Source: an uncultured Candidatus Saccharibacteria bacterium
Lineage (GTDB): Bacteria; Patescibacteriota; Minisyncoccia; Phycocordibacterales; SBAW01
Direction: 5' to 3'
NCBI GenBank assembly: GCA_964355655.1
Contig: CAYHDT010000001.1
Coordinates: 21,588-85,587 of the forward strand
DNA: 64,000 bases
Both the position numbers and the translations under genes were made by a program. The notes under the pieces were generated by a model. It saw only the letters and a program-made list of their open reading frames with translations, did no database searches and was not told where the DNA came from. Below, piece by piece: positions 37,220-46,374 of this stretch (its first letter is position 1; each line of letters starts with the position of its first letter).

Positions 37220-39323
37220 CCGCCTTAATGGAGAGATTGATGCGGCCTTTGTCGTCTATCTCCTTTATCATAACCCGAACCTTCTCCCCTACCGACACCG
37301 CGTCGGATGCTTTGTTAATTCTGAATGGCGCAATTTCAGAAACATGCACCAAGCCCTCGGCGTCTTTGCCGGGTCCGACACGCACAAATGCCCCAAAGTC
37401 CATCAGCCGCGTGACCTCGCCGTCATATATTTCACCCGCTTTGTATTCTTTAACTATAGCCTCTATCATCTCTTTTGCTTTTTGCGCGGAACCGTTTTTG
37501 CCGGTAATAAATATCGAACCATCGTCCTCTATCGATATTTCATCGACCTTGCACACGTCTTTAATGCCGTTGATTGTTTTGCCGCCGCCGCCGATAACCA
37601 TGCCTATCTGGTCGGGCTTTACCTTCATCGAAATAATTTCAGGCGCGCGCGGCGAGAGTTGCGCCCGCGGCGCGGCGAGCTCCGCGGCTATCACGCCGAG
37701 TATTTGCAGACGGGCTTTCTTTGCCTGGGCAAATGCTTCCGACAAAACCGCAAGCGGCACGCCCTCTACTTTGACGTCCATTTGCACGGCCGTCACTCCG
37801 CTGTCGGTGCCGGCAACTTTAAAGTCCATGTCGCCGTGATGGTCTTCGGGTCCTTGGATATCGGTCAATACTTTATACGCGCCCGCTTTAGCGTCCGACA
37901 TCATGCCCATGGCAATGCCCGCGACCGGTTTGGTAATAGGGACCCCGGCGTCCATAAGCGCGAGCGTGCCGGCGCAGACCGAGGCCATCGAGGTGGAACC
38001 GTTGCTGGCCAAGCTCTCGCAGACGATGCGGATGGTGTAGGGGAAGTTATCTTTCTGGGGGATAACCGCGCGCAGCGCTTTTTCGGCGAGCGCGCCGTGT
38101 CCTATCATGCGGCGGTTCATGCCGCCAACGCGGCCGGTTTCGCCCACGGAAAAGGGCGGGAAGTTGTAGTGGAGCATAAAGCGTTTTTTGCCGTCTTGCA
38201 CTTCGATGCTGTCGATTATCTGCGCGGCTTCGGGCCCGCCGAGCGTCAATGCGCCCAGCACGTGTGTCGCGCCGCGGTAAAACAATCCGGTGCCATGTAT
38301 CATCGGCGAGATACCGCCGGCTTTGGCATACAGCGGACGGATTTCATCGAGCGCGCGGCCGTCCACGCGCTTGCCCTCCTTGATAGCGAGGTCGTGCACG
38401 TAAGCGTCCAGACGGTGCTCAAAATAGGTGTCGAGCTTGGCCGGTTCGATGTCGGGAAATTGCGCGGCCGCGTGCGCCGCCCACTCCTTTTTAAACATTC
38501 CGAGGTCTTCTTTTTCGAACATGCCGTTTTTAGTTTTGATAAGCGACATGACGACCTCTTCAAACACCGGAGCAAGACGGCCGTCGTCCTCAAACGGCGG
38601 CACAAACTTAGACTTCTCGACGCCGCGGTCTTTAATTATTTCTTTTTGCCAAGCTTGGATTTTTTCTATCTCCTCGGAGGCGCGCATGAGCGCTTTTTCC
38701 AGTACGTCCTCGCCCACTTCCCGGGCGCCGACCTCTATCATGTTTATGAGTCCGTCTTTGCCGCAGGCGGTTAAGTCCATTTTTGCTTTTGGCGGCAACT
38801 CCTCATCGCGCTGACGGTAGGTCGGATAGACGATATAATCCGGCGTCCCCTCTTCGAGCCCCAAGCGCACCGCCGATACAGGGCCGTTAAACGGGATGTT
38901 GGAAGTTGAAAGCGCCAATGATGCGGCAGTGACCGCCAATACGTCGGTGTCGTAGTCTTCTATCGCGAGCACGGACAATATTACTTGCACATCGCGCTTA
39001 AGCCCTTTGGGGAACAGCGGGCGGATGGTGCGGTCGACAATGCGGCCGGAAAACACAGCCTCGTCGGACGGCCGGCCCTCGCGGCGCATAAAGCGGGAGC
39101 CCAGTATCGCGCCGGCGGCGTAAAACTTTTCTTCGTACTCGACCGACAATGGGAAGTAGTCGAGGTTCGACTCTTTGCTCCCCATGACCGCGGTCGCCAG
39201 TACTGCGGAGTTGCCGTAGCGCACCAAAACCGAGCCGTTGGCTTGGTCGGCCCAGTCGTTAAACTCGGCGCTCAATGTCTTGCCGCCGATGTCGACGGAA
39301 TATGTCTTACTTTGCATCGCCAA
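37131..39323 (-). CDS. pnp: Polyribonucleotide nucleotidyltransferase (PNPase).
   Basis: Two RNase PH domains plus KH and S1 domains. 730 aa. Confidence 0.95.
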   Translation of the reverse strand: MAMQSKTYSVDIGGKTLSAEFNDWADQANGSVLVRYGNSAVLATAVMGSKESNLDYFPLSVEYEEKFYAAGAILGSRFMRREGRPSDEAVFSGRIVDRTIRPLFPKGLKRDVQVILSVLAIEDYDTDVLAVTAASLALSTSNIPFNGPVSAVRLGLEEGTPDYIVYPTYRQRDEELPPKAKMDLTACGKDGLINMIEVGAREVGEDVLEKALMRASEEIEKIQAWQKEIIKDRGVEKSKFVPPFEDDGRLAPVFEEVVMSLIKTKNGMFEKEDLGMFKKEWAAHAAAQFPDIEPAKLDTYFEHRLDAYVHDLAIKEGKRVDGRALDEIRPLYAKAGGISPMIHGTGLFYRGATHVLGALTLGGPEAAQIIDSIEVQDGKKRFMLHYNFPPFSVGETGRVGGMNRRMIGHGALAEKALRAVIPQKDNFPYTIRIVCESLASNGSTSMASVCAGTLALMDAGVPITKPVAGIAMGMMSDAKAGAYKVLTDIQGPEDHHGDMDFKVAGTDSGVTAVQMDVKVEGVPLAVLSEAFAQAKKARLQILGVIAAELAAPRAQLSPRAPEIISMKVKPDQIGMVIGGGGKTINGIKDVCKVDEISIEDDGSIFITGKNGSAQKAKEMIEAIVKEYKAGEIYDGEVTRLMDFGAFVRVGPGKDAEGLVHVSEIAPFRINKASDAVSVGEKVRVMIKEIDDKGRINLSIKAVDPEFASRKGIQPSTQPHASFPRKETGPR

Positions 39324-39337
39324 ACTTTAGCAAGAAA

Positions 39338-39366
39338 GCCCTGTCTCCGCTAGGGAGACCAGGGCT
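39338..39366 (-). promoter_or_regulatory. Stem-loop in the pnp leader / NYN-gene terminator region.
   Basis: GCCCUGGUCUCC...GGAGACAGGGC hairpin between the NYN gene stop and the pnp start. An RNase III-processed leader hairpin occupies the analogous position in E. coli (established knowledge, used here as analogy). Confidence 0.4.
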
Positions 39367-39398
39367 TTCACTTGTATAAAACTTATTTTACGGAGCCT

Positions 39399-40064
39399 TT
39401 ACTCCCCGCTCATCTTTATCGCCGGGTCTTCGCCTTCGCCGTCCCAATCGGGAGCCTCAGTGGTCTCCATGCTGGTGTCGGCATTGACGCGGCCGGCGTT
39501 GCTGTCGGCTCCGGACTTTCCGCCGAAGCCCGGGATGTACCCTCGGACTCCCCCGCGGTAGCCGATAAGGAAGTTGCGCGGGTCCTCGCAGATGTCTATA
39601 AAGTCGTCCACTGCCTCGCGCAGTTGGCCGGAAGATGATTTGCCGAAGGCGATAACCTCGACCTGCACGCCATAAGTGTACTTAAGGTACTCGACCAGCG
39701 GCACAAAGTCGCCGTCGCCGGTGGCGAGAATAATTGTGTCGAGCTTCTGGCCCATGGCCACGGCGTCTATCGCCATGCCGATGTCCCAGTCGGCCTTTTT
39801 GGCCCCGCCGGCAAAGACGCGGATGTCTTTAACCTTCGTTTCGATGCCGAGCTTGTTGAGCGCTTCGAAGAAGCCTTTTTCGTCTTCACTTTCGGTGCGG
39901 ATAACATAGGCTATCGCGCGGATAAGTTGGCGTCCCGCGACCGCTTCTTTGACTATCTGCCCGAAGTTTACCTTTGCCTTATAAAGATTCTTGGCGCTGT
40001 GATAAAGGTTTTGCGTGTCTATAAAAATGCCGACACGCTGGCTTTTGTGTTTGATGATTGCCAT
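39399..40064 (-). CDS. NYN (LabA-like) domain protein.
   Basis: VGIFIDTQNLY...ILATGDGDF motifs of LabA/NYN. Acidic C-terminal tail. Confidence 0.75.
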   Translation of the reverse strand: MAIIKHKSQRVGIFIDTQNLYHSAKNLYKAKVNFGQIVKEAVAGRQLIRAIAYVIRTESEDEKGFFEALNKLGIETKVKDIRVFAGGAKKADWDIGMAIDAVAMGQKLDTIILATGDGDFVPLVEYLKYTYGVQVEVIAFGKSSSGQLREAVDDFIDICEDPRNFLIGYRGGVRGYIPGFGGKSGADSNAGRVNADTSMETTEAPDWDGEGEDPAIKMSGE

Positions 40065-40156
40065 ATATAAATAACTAACTTAATAACGATGAAAACAACT
40101 GGAACGGCGCAAAACAAAAAATGCCTCCCCTATAATACACCCGAAGGCGCAAAAGA

Positions 40157-40432
40157 TTACTTCTTCAAATTGAGCTTCTTAACGAGCGCATTGTAGCGGC
40201 GCTTATCCTTGCCCTCCAAGTATTTCAAATGAGTCCGGCGGTCAGCCACCATCTGCAAAAGTCCGCGGCGGCTGTGCTTATCTTTAAGATGTTTCTTCAA
40301 ATGAGAGGCAAGCTCGTCTATTTGTTTAGACAATAACGCAACTTGGACCTCCGGCGAGCCGGTGTCCTTGTCGTGAACCGCTACTTCCTTAACGGCCTTA
40401 GCCTTTTTCTGCTTGGTAAGCATGTACCGCAT
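40157..40432 (-). CDS. rpsO: 30S ribosomal protein S15.
   Basis: MRYMLTKQKKAKAVKEVAVHDKDTGSPEVQVALLSKQIDELASHLKKHLKDKHSRRGLL. The upstream part of the tracked ORF is spurious. Confidence 0.9.
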   Translation of the reverse strand: MRYMLTKQKKAKAVKEVAVHDKDTGSPEVQVALLSKQIDELASHLKKHLKDKHSRRGLLQMVADRRTHLKYLEGKDKRRYNALVKKLNLKK

Positions 40433-40506
40433 AGTATCACACCCGCATAAATTGCGCAAGGGGTATGGGTGTGGTGTAACCAAGATGAAGAAAAACGACC
40501 CGGGTA

Positions 40507-41151
40507 TTACCGGGCCGTTGTAGTCGTCTTTTTCTTCGGTTTTTCTGGTCCACACTCCTCCACGTCCTTTTTTTTGGGGAGAGCATTACGTTCCCGCTCG
40601 TTCTTTGGTTCGCGGTAGAAGACATGCTGGCTCTCATTTTCAGCCTTGCCGAGTTCGACAAGGCTAGTTTTAAACCAGCAGATATTCTTACGTATCCCGC
40701 GCACGGGGGCATCGGGATTAAGATAGTTCGTCGCCCCCACCAAGTGCGCGGGCGGAACGAACTTGCCCTTGAGCTCTTCTTTCGCGATGCGCAAGGACAG
40801 ATTCCAAAAGCCCGGTATCGCCGGCTCCCGCTTGGCGGCATCTAAGCACGTCCAGGAAAATTGGCAGACGATGGCACCACTTGCCTTTGACTTGCGGGCA
40901 TAGACCACTGCGTGGATGTCCGCGCCGCCCCACACCTTACGCTTGGTTTGTGCGCGCACGCTTGTCACGTGCGCCACCATCCGAGCGCTCAGCTCCGGTT
41001 CGCGAGCCACTACTGCTTCCCAGTAGACATTCTTCGCGAGCGCGTTGAGCGCGCGCGTGTTCGAAGACCACCAGTCCGCCACCATTGCAATACTTATCGC
41101 AATAAGAGCGGCGCCGATGGCCAGCTTCAGAGCATTCTTTCGAAGCCACAT
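40507..41151 (-). CDS. Cell wall hydrolase (SleB/CwlJ Hydrolase_2 family)-like protein.
   Basis: N-terminal TM. NVYWEAVVAREPELSARMVAHVTSVRA...IHAVVYARKS..QFSWTC matches the family pattern (EARGE...QFS). Confidence 0.6.
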   Translation of the reverse strand: MWLRKNALKLAIGAALIAISIAMVADWWSSNTRALNALAKNVYWEAVVAREPELSARMVAHVTSVRAQTKRKVWGGADIHAVVYARKSKASGAIVCQFSWTCLDAAKREPAIPGFWNLSLRIAKEELKGKFVPPAHLVGATNYLNPDAPVRGIRKNICWFKTSLVELGKAENESQHVFYREPKNERERNALPKKKDVEECGPEKPKKKTTTTAR

Positions 41152-41242
41152 GGCCCGCTCCTTTCTGTTGATTGGTTATATGAAGAACGTAACCTTTATA
41201 TCATATACTAAAATACAACTTCTGTCAACCCCCTGCGTCAGG

Positions 41243-41285
41243 CAAAGAAAAAGCCCCGCATCCGTCGGCTGACGGAGCGGGGGCT
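41243..41285 (-). terminator. Rho-independent terminator after the small membrane protein gene.
   Basis: GC-rich hairpin (GCCCCGC..GCGGGGC) followed on the minus strand by UUUUUCUUU. Confidence 0.6.
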
Positions 41286-41295
41286 TGGCCGGAGT

Positions 41296-41580
41296 TCAGC
41301 GGTGTCTGAGGCGGCTTGTCATCCCGATGGCTTGGATGACCTTTTTATGCTTTGAGGCGGCGGTCGGCTTTCCGGGCTCGGCTGGCGCGGCTTCGGCGGC
41401 AATTACCTCGGCCACCTCTGCGGCCTTGCCGGCGCCGGCAAGGCCGCCAGTCGCGCCCAGCATCGCAATTTCCGTATCGCTAGCATTTTGCTTGCTTGGC
41501 CAGGCAAAAGCCCGGATCAGGATCAGCAAAACGATGAAAATAACTCCCCCTAAAATATATGGTGCCCACTCTTCCGACAT
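41296..41580 (-). CDS. Small membrane protein.
   Basis: 94 aa, N-terminal TM, Ala-rich tail. Confidence 0.45.
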   Translation of the reverse strand: MSEEWAPYILGGVIFIVLLILIRAFAWPSKQNASDTEIAMLGATGGLAGAGKAAEVAEVIAAEAAPAEPGKPTAASKHKKVIQAIGMTSRLRHR

Positions 41581-41684
41581 CGGTTTGTTCCCTTCGGTTA
41601 GGACTAAGCTGATTACTTTATATCTTAAAGTAAAAATATGTCAATCCTGACACGTCGCACAATATTTAGCGGTACAATAGCCAA

Positions 41685-42605
41685 ATGGCGGAGCTTAAAA
41701 ACCTCAAGACCCAGTTTTTGGAATATTTAGAGATAGAGAAGGGGCGCTCTGTTAAGACGGTCGAAAATTATGACCGCTATCTGACGCGCTACCTTGCTCA
41801 CTCCAAGGTTACCTCCCCCCAGAAAATCACCGAGCAGTCGGTGCGCGAGTTCCGCATACATTTAAACCGGCAAGCCGGTACGAGCGGGACGATGAAGCAC
41901 AAAACGCAGAACTATTACATGATTTCACTCCGCGCGTTTCTTAAGTTCCTCCGCAAGCGCGATATAGAAAGCTTAAACCCCGAACGCATCGAGCTGGCCA
42001 AGGTCGGCCAGCGCGACCTCGACCTTATAACCTCCGATGAGCTTAACCGCCTTATCAACGGGCCCAAAGGCGACCCATCTTTGGCGGGCCTGCGCGACCG
42101 CGCCATACTGGAGCTTTTTTTTAGCACCGGTCTGCGCGTCTCGGAGCTATGCGCTCTTAACCGCGACATCGACCTGACACGCGACGAGTTTAGCGTGCGC
42201 GGCAAGGGCGAGAAAGTCCGCGTCGTTTTCCTATCCCCCGCGGCCAAGCAAGCTATTAAGGACTACGAGCAGAAGCGCGGCGACGTGGATGAGGCGCTGT
42301 TTATACAGATGGGCCCCTCCTCCGCCAAGGCTTCGGAGGGCGGGCGCGACTTGCGCTTAACGCCTCGGTCAATTGAGCGGATTGTAAAAGGCTACGCAAT
42401 CAAAGCCGGCATCACGCGCAAAGTAACCCCGCACGTCATAAGACATTCTTTCGCGACTGATTTATTGGAAAACGGCGCCGACCTGCGCGCAGTCCAGGCA
42501 CTCTTAGGCCACGCCAACATAGCAACCACACAGGTTTACACCCACATAACCGACAAGCACCTGCGCGAAGTCCACAAAAAGTTCCACGGCCAGCGGAGGA
42601 AATAA
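41685..42605 (+). CDS. Tyrosine recombinase XerC/XerD family.
   Basis: Catalytic residues R..HxxR..Y (HVIRHSFAT...LLGHANIATTQVYTHI). Confidence 0.85.
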   Translation: MAELKNLKTQFLEYLEIEKGRSVKTVENYDRYLTRYLAHSKVTSPQKITEQSVREFRIHLNRQAGTSGTMKHKTQNYYMISLRAFLKFLRKRDIESLNPERIELAKVGQRDLDLITSDELNRLINGPKGDPSLAGLRDRAILELFFSTGLRVSELCALNRDIDLTRDEFSVRGKGEKVRVVFLSPAAKQAIKDYEQKRGDVDEALFIQMGPSSAKASEGGRDLRLTPRSIERIVKGYAIKAGITRKVTPHVIRHSFATDLLENGADLRAVQALLGHANIATTQVYTHITDKHLREVHKKFHGQRRK

Positions 42606-42613
42606 AAACCCGC

Positions 42614-42925
42614 CTAGGTGGCGGGGGCAGATGCAGATAGGCGGAGCTTGTTGATCTCGCGGTAGTAGCGGGCGATACAGAATTTCCGGACCCCGCCTTC
42701 TTCTTTTGGGTAAAGACGGTATTTTTTATGAGCCCGTAGCCCGGTGCCCTCGTCGCCGTAAGTGGCGGCAAATACGGCCTCTTCGGATTGGTTGTCGGCG
42801 AAGTTCGGATCGTGCTCCAGCACCAAAGCAACGAGTTCTGAAAGAGACATTGTCGAAGGGTCCCGGGGGCTCTTTGCCACTTCAGCCTCTGACTCAGCGA
42901 TCGTATTGAAAGGCTCTACTTTCAT
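42614..42925 (-). CDS. Hypothetical protein.
   Basis: 103 aa ORF convergent with xer. Confidence 0.4.
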   Translation of the reverse strand: MKVEPFNTIAESEAEVAKSPRDPSTMSLSELVALVLEHDPNFADNQSEEAVFAATYGDEGTGLRAHKKYRLYPKEEGGVRKFCIARYYREINKLRLSASAPAT

Positions 42926-43020
42926 ATACCAACTCCCCCTAAAGTTACGTGCAGTCTGGATACAGTAGTACCACAGATTTCTAAAGTTCTTATGAAGCCA
43001 GGCTATGTTATCCTGCCGAT

Positions 43021-43824
43021 ATGAAGCTCGTCAGCTGGAACGTCAACGGCATCCGCGCGGTGGTTAAAAAGGGTACTTTTCAGTCTTTTATAAAAGACCA
43101 CAAGCCCGATGTCCTGTGCCTGCAGGAAACCAAGGCCGAGCGCGGGCAGGCCGAGATAGATTTGCCGGAGTACGAGGAGTATTGGAACAGCGCTACAAAA
43201 AAGGGCTACAGCGGCACGGCCATTTTTGTTAAAAAAGATATTACGGTGCACGAAGTGTTGATGGGCCTGCCGGAAGATCTGTGCAAAAAATACAAGCTCC
43301 ACGAAGACGGCTACGGCGACCCGAACAAAGAGGGCCGCGTGGTTGCGGTGGAACTGGACGATATATATGTAGTAACCGCTTACACACCCAATTCTAAAAA
43401 CGATCTTTCACGCCTCAAGCTCCGCCACAAACAGTGGGACCCGGCGTTTTTGGAGTATATGTTTCAGCTCGAGGAGACGAAGCCGGTGGTCTTTAGCGGC
43501 GATCTCAACGTGGCGCATACTGCCGACGACTTGGCCAACCCTAAGGCAAACGAGGGCGAGCACGGCTTTACCGCCGAGGAGCGCGAGGGTATCGACAATA
43601 TTCTAGAGGCCGGGTTTGTAGATTCCTTCCGCCGTTTTATCCCCAAGGGCAACGGCCATTACACTTACTGGACGCCGTGGCGCATGGCGCGCGAGCGCAA
43701 CGTCGGCTGGCGCATAGACTACTGGTTTGTTTCCAAAAAACTCCTCCCCCGCCTTAGGTCAGCCAAAATCCTGGCCGAAGTAATGGGCTCCGACCACTGC
43801 CCGGTGATTATTGAGTTTAAATAG
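43021..43824 (+). CDS. xth: Exodeoxyribonuclease III (Xth/APE1 family).
   Basis: MKLVSWNVNGIRA...LCLQETK...SDHCPV motifs. Confidence 0.9.
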   Translation: MKLVSWNVNGIRAVVKKGTFQSFIKDHKPDVLCLQETKAERGQAEIDLPEYEEYWNSATKKGYSGTAIFVKKDITVHEVLMGLPEDLCKKYKLHEDGYGDPNKEGRVVAVELDDIYVVTAYTPNSKNDLSRLKLRHKQWDPAFLEYMFQLEETKPVVFSGDLNVAHTADDLANPKANEGEHGFTAEEREGIDNILEAGFVDSFRRFIPKGNGHYTYWTPWRMARERNVGWRIDYWFVSKKLLPRLRSAKILAEVMGSDHCPVIIEFK

Positions 43825-43856
43825 AAATTCACGATGCCCTGTGGTATAGTCGGCAC

Positions 43857-44144
43857 ATGAAACATGCATTTAATGCTCAGTTGCAGGTGCAATTTCTCAA
43901 GCAGGGAAAGTACACTGTTGCCTACTCACCTGCCCTAGATATTTCAACTTCCGGTAAAAACCAAACGCAGGCGCGCAAGCGTTTTGCCGAGCTCGCGAAC
44001 ATCTTTATACGCGAAATAATGGAGAGGGGTACGGCACACCAGATACTCACAGAGCTGGGCTGGACTCATCGTGCCCATGCCGGTTGGGCGCCACCTAAAA
44101 TGACTAAAAGCCCCGTGTCTGTACGCATCCCTGTCGCCGCGTAA
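43857..44144 (+). CDS. HicB-like antitoxin.
   Basis: 95 aa, YTVAYSPALDISTSGKNQTQARKRFAE matches the HicB N-terminal fold pattern. Immediately upstream of hicA. Confidence 0.55.
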   Translation: MKHAFNAQLQVQFLKQGKYTVAYSPALDISTSGKNQTQARKRFAELANIFIREIMERGTAHQILTELGWTHRAHAGWAPPKMTKSPVSVRIPVAA

Positions 44145-44150
44145 TCTTTC

Positions 44151-44378
44151 ATGGCCCGTATTGGGACTATTCATTGGAAGAAGTTCGAAAAGTTTCTTCT
44201 TGCCGTGGGTTGCTCTTTTGAACGCGAGGAAGGAGACCATCGCATTTATTGGAAAGAAGGATTAAAAAGACCGATAGTGGTGCCCCGCGACACCCTCCCG
44301 CCTTTTATTGTGTTGAACAATCTGCGAACTTTGGGCGTATCGCGTGACGAGTATTTAAAAATCATCGGCAGAAAATGA
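44151..44378 (+). CDS. hicA: HicA-family mRNA interferase toxin.
   Basis: 75 aa, GDHRIY...PIVVP...IVLNNLRTLGVSRDEY motifs. Confidence 0.7.
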   Translation: MARIGTIHWKKFEKFLLAVGCSFEREEGDHRIYWKEGLKRPIVVPRDTLPPFIVLNNLRTLGVSRDEYLKIIGRK

Positions 44379-44415
44379 ACTATAGGCTCCGGCCGCTGTT
44401 TGAGTTAAAAGATTA

Positions 44416-44448
44416 AAGCCGCGCTTGGGAGCGCGGCTTGGTGTTGTC
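44416..44448 (+). terminator. Candidate terminator after hicA.
   Basis: AAGCCGCGC-UUGGGA-GCGCGGCUU hairpin, followed by a weak U-tract. Confidence 0.45.
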
Positions 44449-44696
44449 TACAGGTCTACCTCAACTATCTGCAGGTGGTCGTGCTCTCCTCTTGGCAGGC
44501 TCATTGCATCTTGAGCTTCTTTGTAAGAGTCGCCTGACCTCACCACAAACAGGTGTAGATTTTGCAGCTCGGGGACTGCCTCCGATTCTTCATCCCACGC
44601 GCCCCGAGATTGGTGGGTAATCGTCAGTTTGAGAGTAGCGGCGACGATGAGGTATTTCGTAGTCATAGTGTCCTCCCTGGTTGCGATATTCATCAC
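44448..44696 (-). CDS. Hypothetical protein.
   Basis: 82 aa ORF. Confidence 0.35.
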   Translation of the reverse strand: MMNIATREDTMTTKYLIVAATLKLTITHQSRGAWDEESEAVPELQNLHLFVVRSGDSYKEAQDAMSLPRGEHDHLQIVEVDL

Positions 44697-44792
44697 GAAC
44701 CCGAAGAATCATCATGCCGCGGCCTCTCGATGAGAATTCGAACGAATCAAATTCTCAATAGAGGGGAGAAATTTCTTTCTCCCAGTTCCCGA

Positions 44793-44987
44793 TCAGTCCA
44801 GGTCATCCTCCCAGAACTGTTCGTCGTCCCAGCGGTCCTTCTTGTCGTAAAATTCTTGGCGCTGCTCCCGAGTGTAGGCGTTGTCCTCAACGGGGACGTC
44901 GAGGTCGGTCGAGTAGTAGTACTCCGGTGTCATGTTGGCCTCCAGTTGGTTTCGATGAACTTTGACTCTCTGCGATAAGTGTAGCAC
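44793..44987 (-). CDS. Small acidic hypothetical protein.
   Basis: 64 aa, D/E/W-rich. Confidence 0.35.
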   Translation of the reverse strand: MLHLSQRVKVHRNQLEANMTPEYYYSTDLDVPVEDNAYTREQRQEFYDKKDRWDDEQFWEDDLD

Positions 44988-45000
44988 AATGAGTGAATAA

Positions 45001-45019
45001 TGTCAAGTTATATTGATGA
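45001..45019. promoter_or_regulatory. TGTCAAGTTATATTGATGA imperfect inverted repeat upstream of TrmB paralog 2, with a TATAAT box at 45031-45036.
   Basis: Shares the TGTCA-N-TGAYR pattern with the sites at 48310, 48355 and 62300. Confidence 0.4.
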
Positions 45020-45066
45020 TAAAAATTTGATATAATTGCTTTGTAAAATAAGCTTTAAATACATGT

Positions 45067-45840
45067 ATGTCAAAAATTATTGATGAAATAGGAAACAAAG
45101 CTTTGTCAGATAAGCTCCAAGAACTCGGTTTGAGCGAAAAGGAGGCTGCTGTGTACTTGGCCCTTTTGCCTCGGCAAGATACGGGTACGAGTGTACTAAT
45201 TAAGACGACGGGTCTACATGGGCAGTTTGTATATGATGCTTTGGCTAAACTGGAGGTCCTAGGTCTTGCCAAACATGTAGTCCAGGCAGGCCGGAAGAAG
45301 TTTTCGGCCAACCCACCCCAGCGCTTACTCTCGCTAATAGAAGAAAAGCGCCTTTCGGCGCAGTCGGTGGCCAAAGAGCTCCAAGCTCGCTTTGCGGGTA
45401 AGCACGAACAGAGCTTCGAAGTCCATCAGGGAGACTCGGCTTTTATTGCACATCAAATGGATCTACTGCGTCGGGCACCGCAGGGCGGCACGTTGGACGC
45501 CATTGCAACCGAGACAGAGCGGTTTCAAAAAACGTTTGAAGAGTATGGCATGTGGGACGAATACTTGCGATTGCAGGTGGAAAAGGAGATAAAGATCCGT
45601 TACTTAGGATCGGAGGCACAGCGGGGCCGTCTGCAAAAGCGTGAGCAAAGCGAACTATCCTGGACCTATAAAATCCTGCCGGGGCAGTCGACCGGCAACA
45701 TCAGTATCGAAGTGCATGCCGAGACGGTCACCTTTGTTACCTACGGCGAGCCGGTACTCTGTTTTACTCTCTCCAGCAAAGAAGTTGCACGAGGCTACCG
45801 TGAGTTTTTCAATTCTGTTTGGGCGTTGGCTAAGAAATAA
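45067..45840 (+). CDS. TrmB-family transcriptional regulator (paralog 2).
   Basis: N-terminal LGLSEKEAAVYLALL wHTH. Confidence 0.7.
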   Translation: MSKIIDEIGNKALSDKLQELGLSEKEAAVYLALLPRQDTGTSVLIKTTGLHGQFVYDALAKLEVLGLAKHVVQAGRKKFSANPPQRLLSLIEEKRLSAQSVAKELQARFAGKHEQSFEVHQGDSAFIAHQMDLLRRAPQGGTLDAIATETERFQKTFEEYGMWDEYLRLQVEKEIKIRYLGSEAQRGRLQKREQSELSWTYKILPGQSTGNISIEVHAETVTFVTYGEPVLCFTLSSKEVARGYREFFNSVWALAKK

Positions 45841-45857
45841 AAATAGAGCTGCAGTAG

Positions 45858-46160
45858 CTAATGCAGGTTCTCCGGAGATTTTTTGTAGCTCCGTATTTTG
45901 TTAAGGAGTTCTTTTGCCGCAGCCAGATTTTTTGCATCAAAAAGCGCTAGCTCATGGGAATGCGCGCTATCTTCAAAATAGTCGCTAAAATGGGTCGAGA
46001 GTCCGTCTTCATTCCACTGTTTCATCAGAGCATTGCCGGCAAGGTCCGGGTATGCTGCTTGGGCGAGCGCAATCTGCGCTCTATTTCTTATGAGCATCAT
46101 GTCCGGAGGCGGAGGCTGCCCCTGCGACTGTTCCTGCTGTACCCTCTCCATACCTGTCAT
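45858..46160 (-). CDS. Hypothetical protein.
   Basis: 100 aa. Confidence 0.4.
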   Translation of the reverse strand: MTGMERVQQEQSQGQPPPPDMMLIRNRAQIALAQAAYPDLAGNALMKQWNEDGLSTHFSDYFEDSAHSHELALFDAKNLAAAKELLNKIRSYKKSPENLH

Positions 46161-46374
46161 ATCCTAAGCATATCAAATTCCTGTGTTGCGCAAACTCGAT
46201 AAGCCAACCAGTAATGACAAGCTTAATAGAGTCCTCGAATTTACGCGTCGAGGAGCCGCGCCCTTTGCGGGAGTACTTCTTTTTGTCGCAGACCACGCGG
46301 TTTTTGTACCGAGGGTCGGCGAGCACGCGTGCCGCATCACTGCGGCGCTTCGGGGCTTGGATGGTGATTTGCAT
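46081..46374 (-). CDS. Small basic protein (MQITIQAPKRRSDAARVLADPRYKNRVVCDKKKYSRKGRG...). Weak resemblance to ArfA-type ribosome rescue factors.
   Basis: Strong RBS AGAGGAAAG 6 nt before the ATG at 46374. Overlaps a neighbouring ORF by 38 nt. Confidence 0.3.
   Translation of the reverse strand: MQITIQAPKRRSDAARVLADPRYKNRVVCDKKKYSRKGRGSSTRKFEDSIKLVITGWLIEFAQHRNLICLGYDRYGEGTAGTVAGAASASGHDAHKK

Noticed and set aside
37077-38774. 565-aa plus-strand ORF and other long antisense ORFs inside pnp
   Set aside because: These are antisense to the unmistakable PNPase gene. Long antisense ORFs are expected in GC-rich coding DNA.
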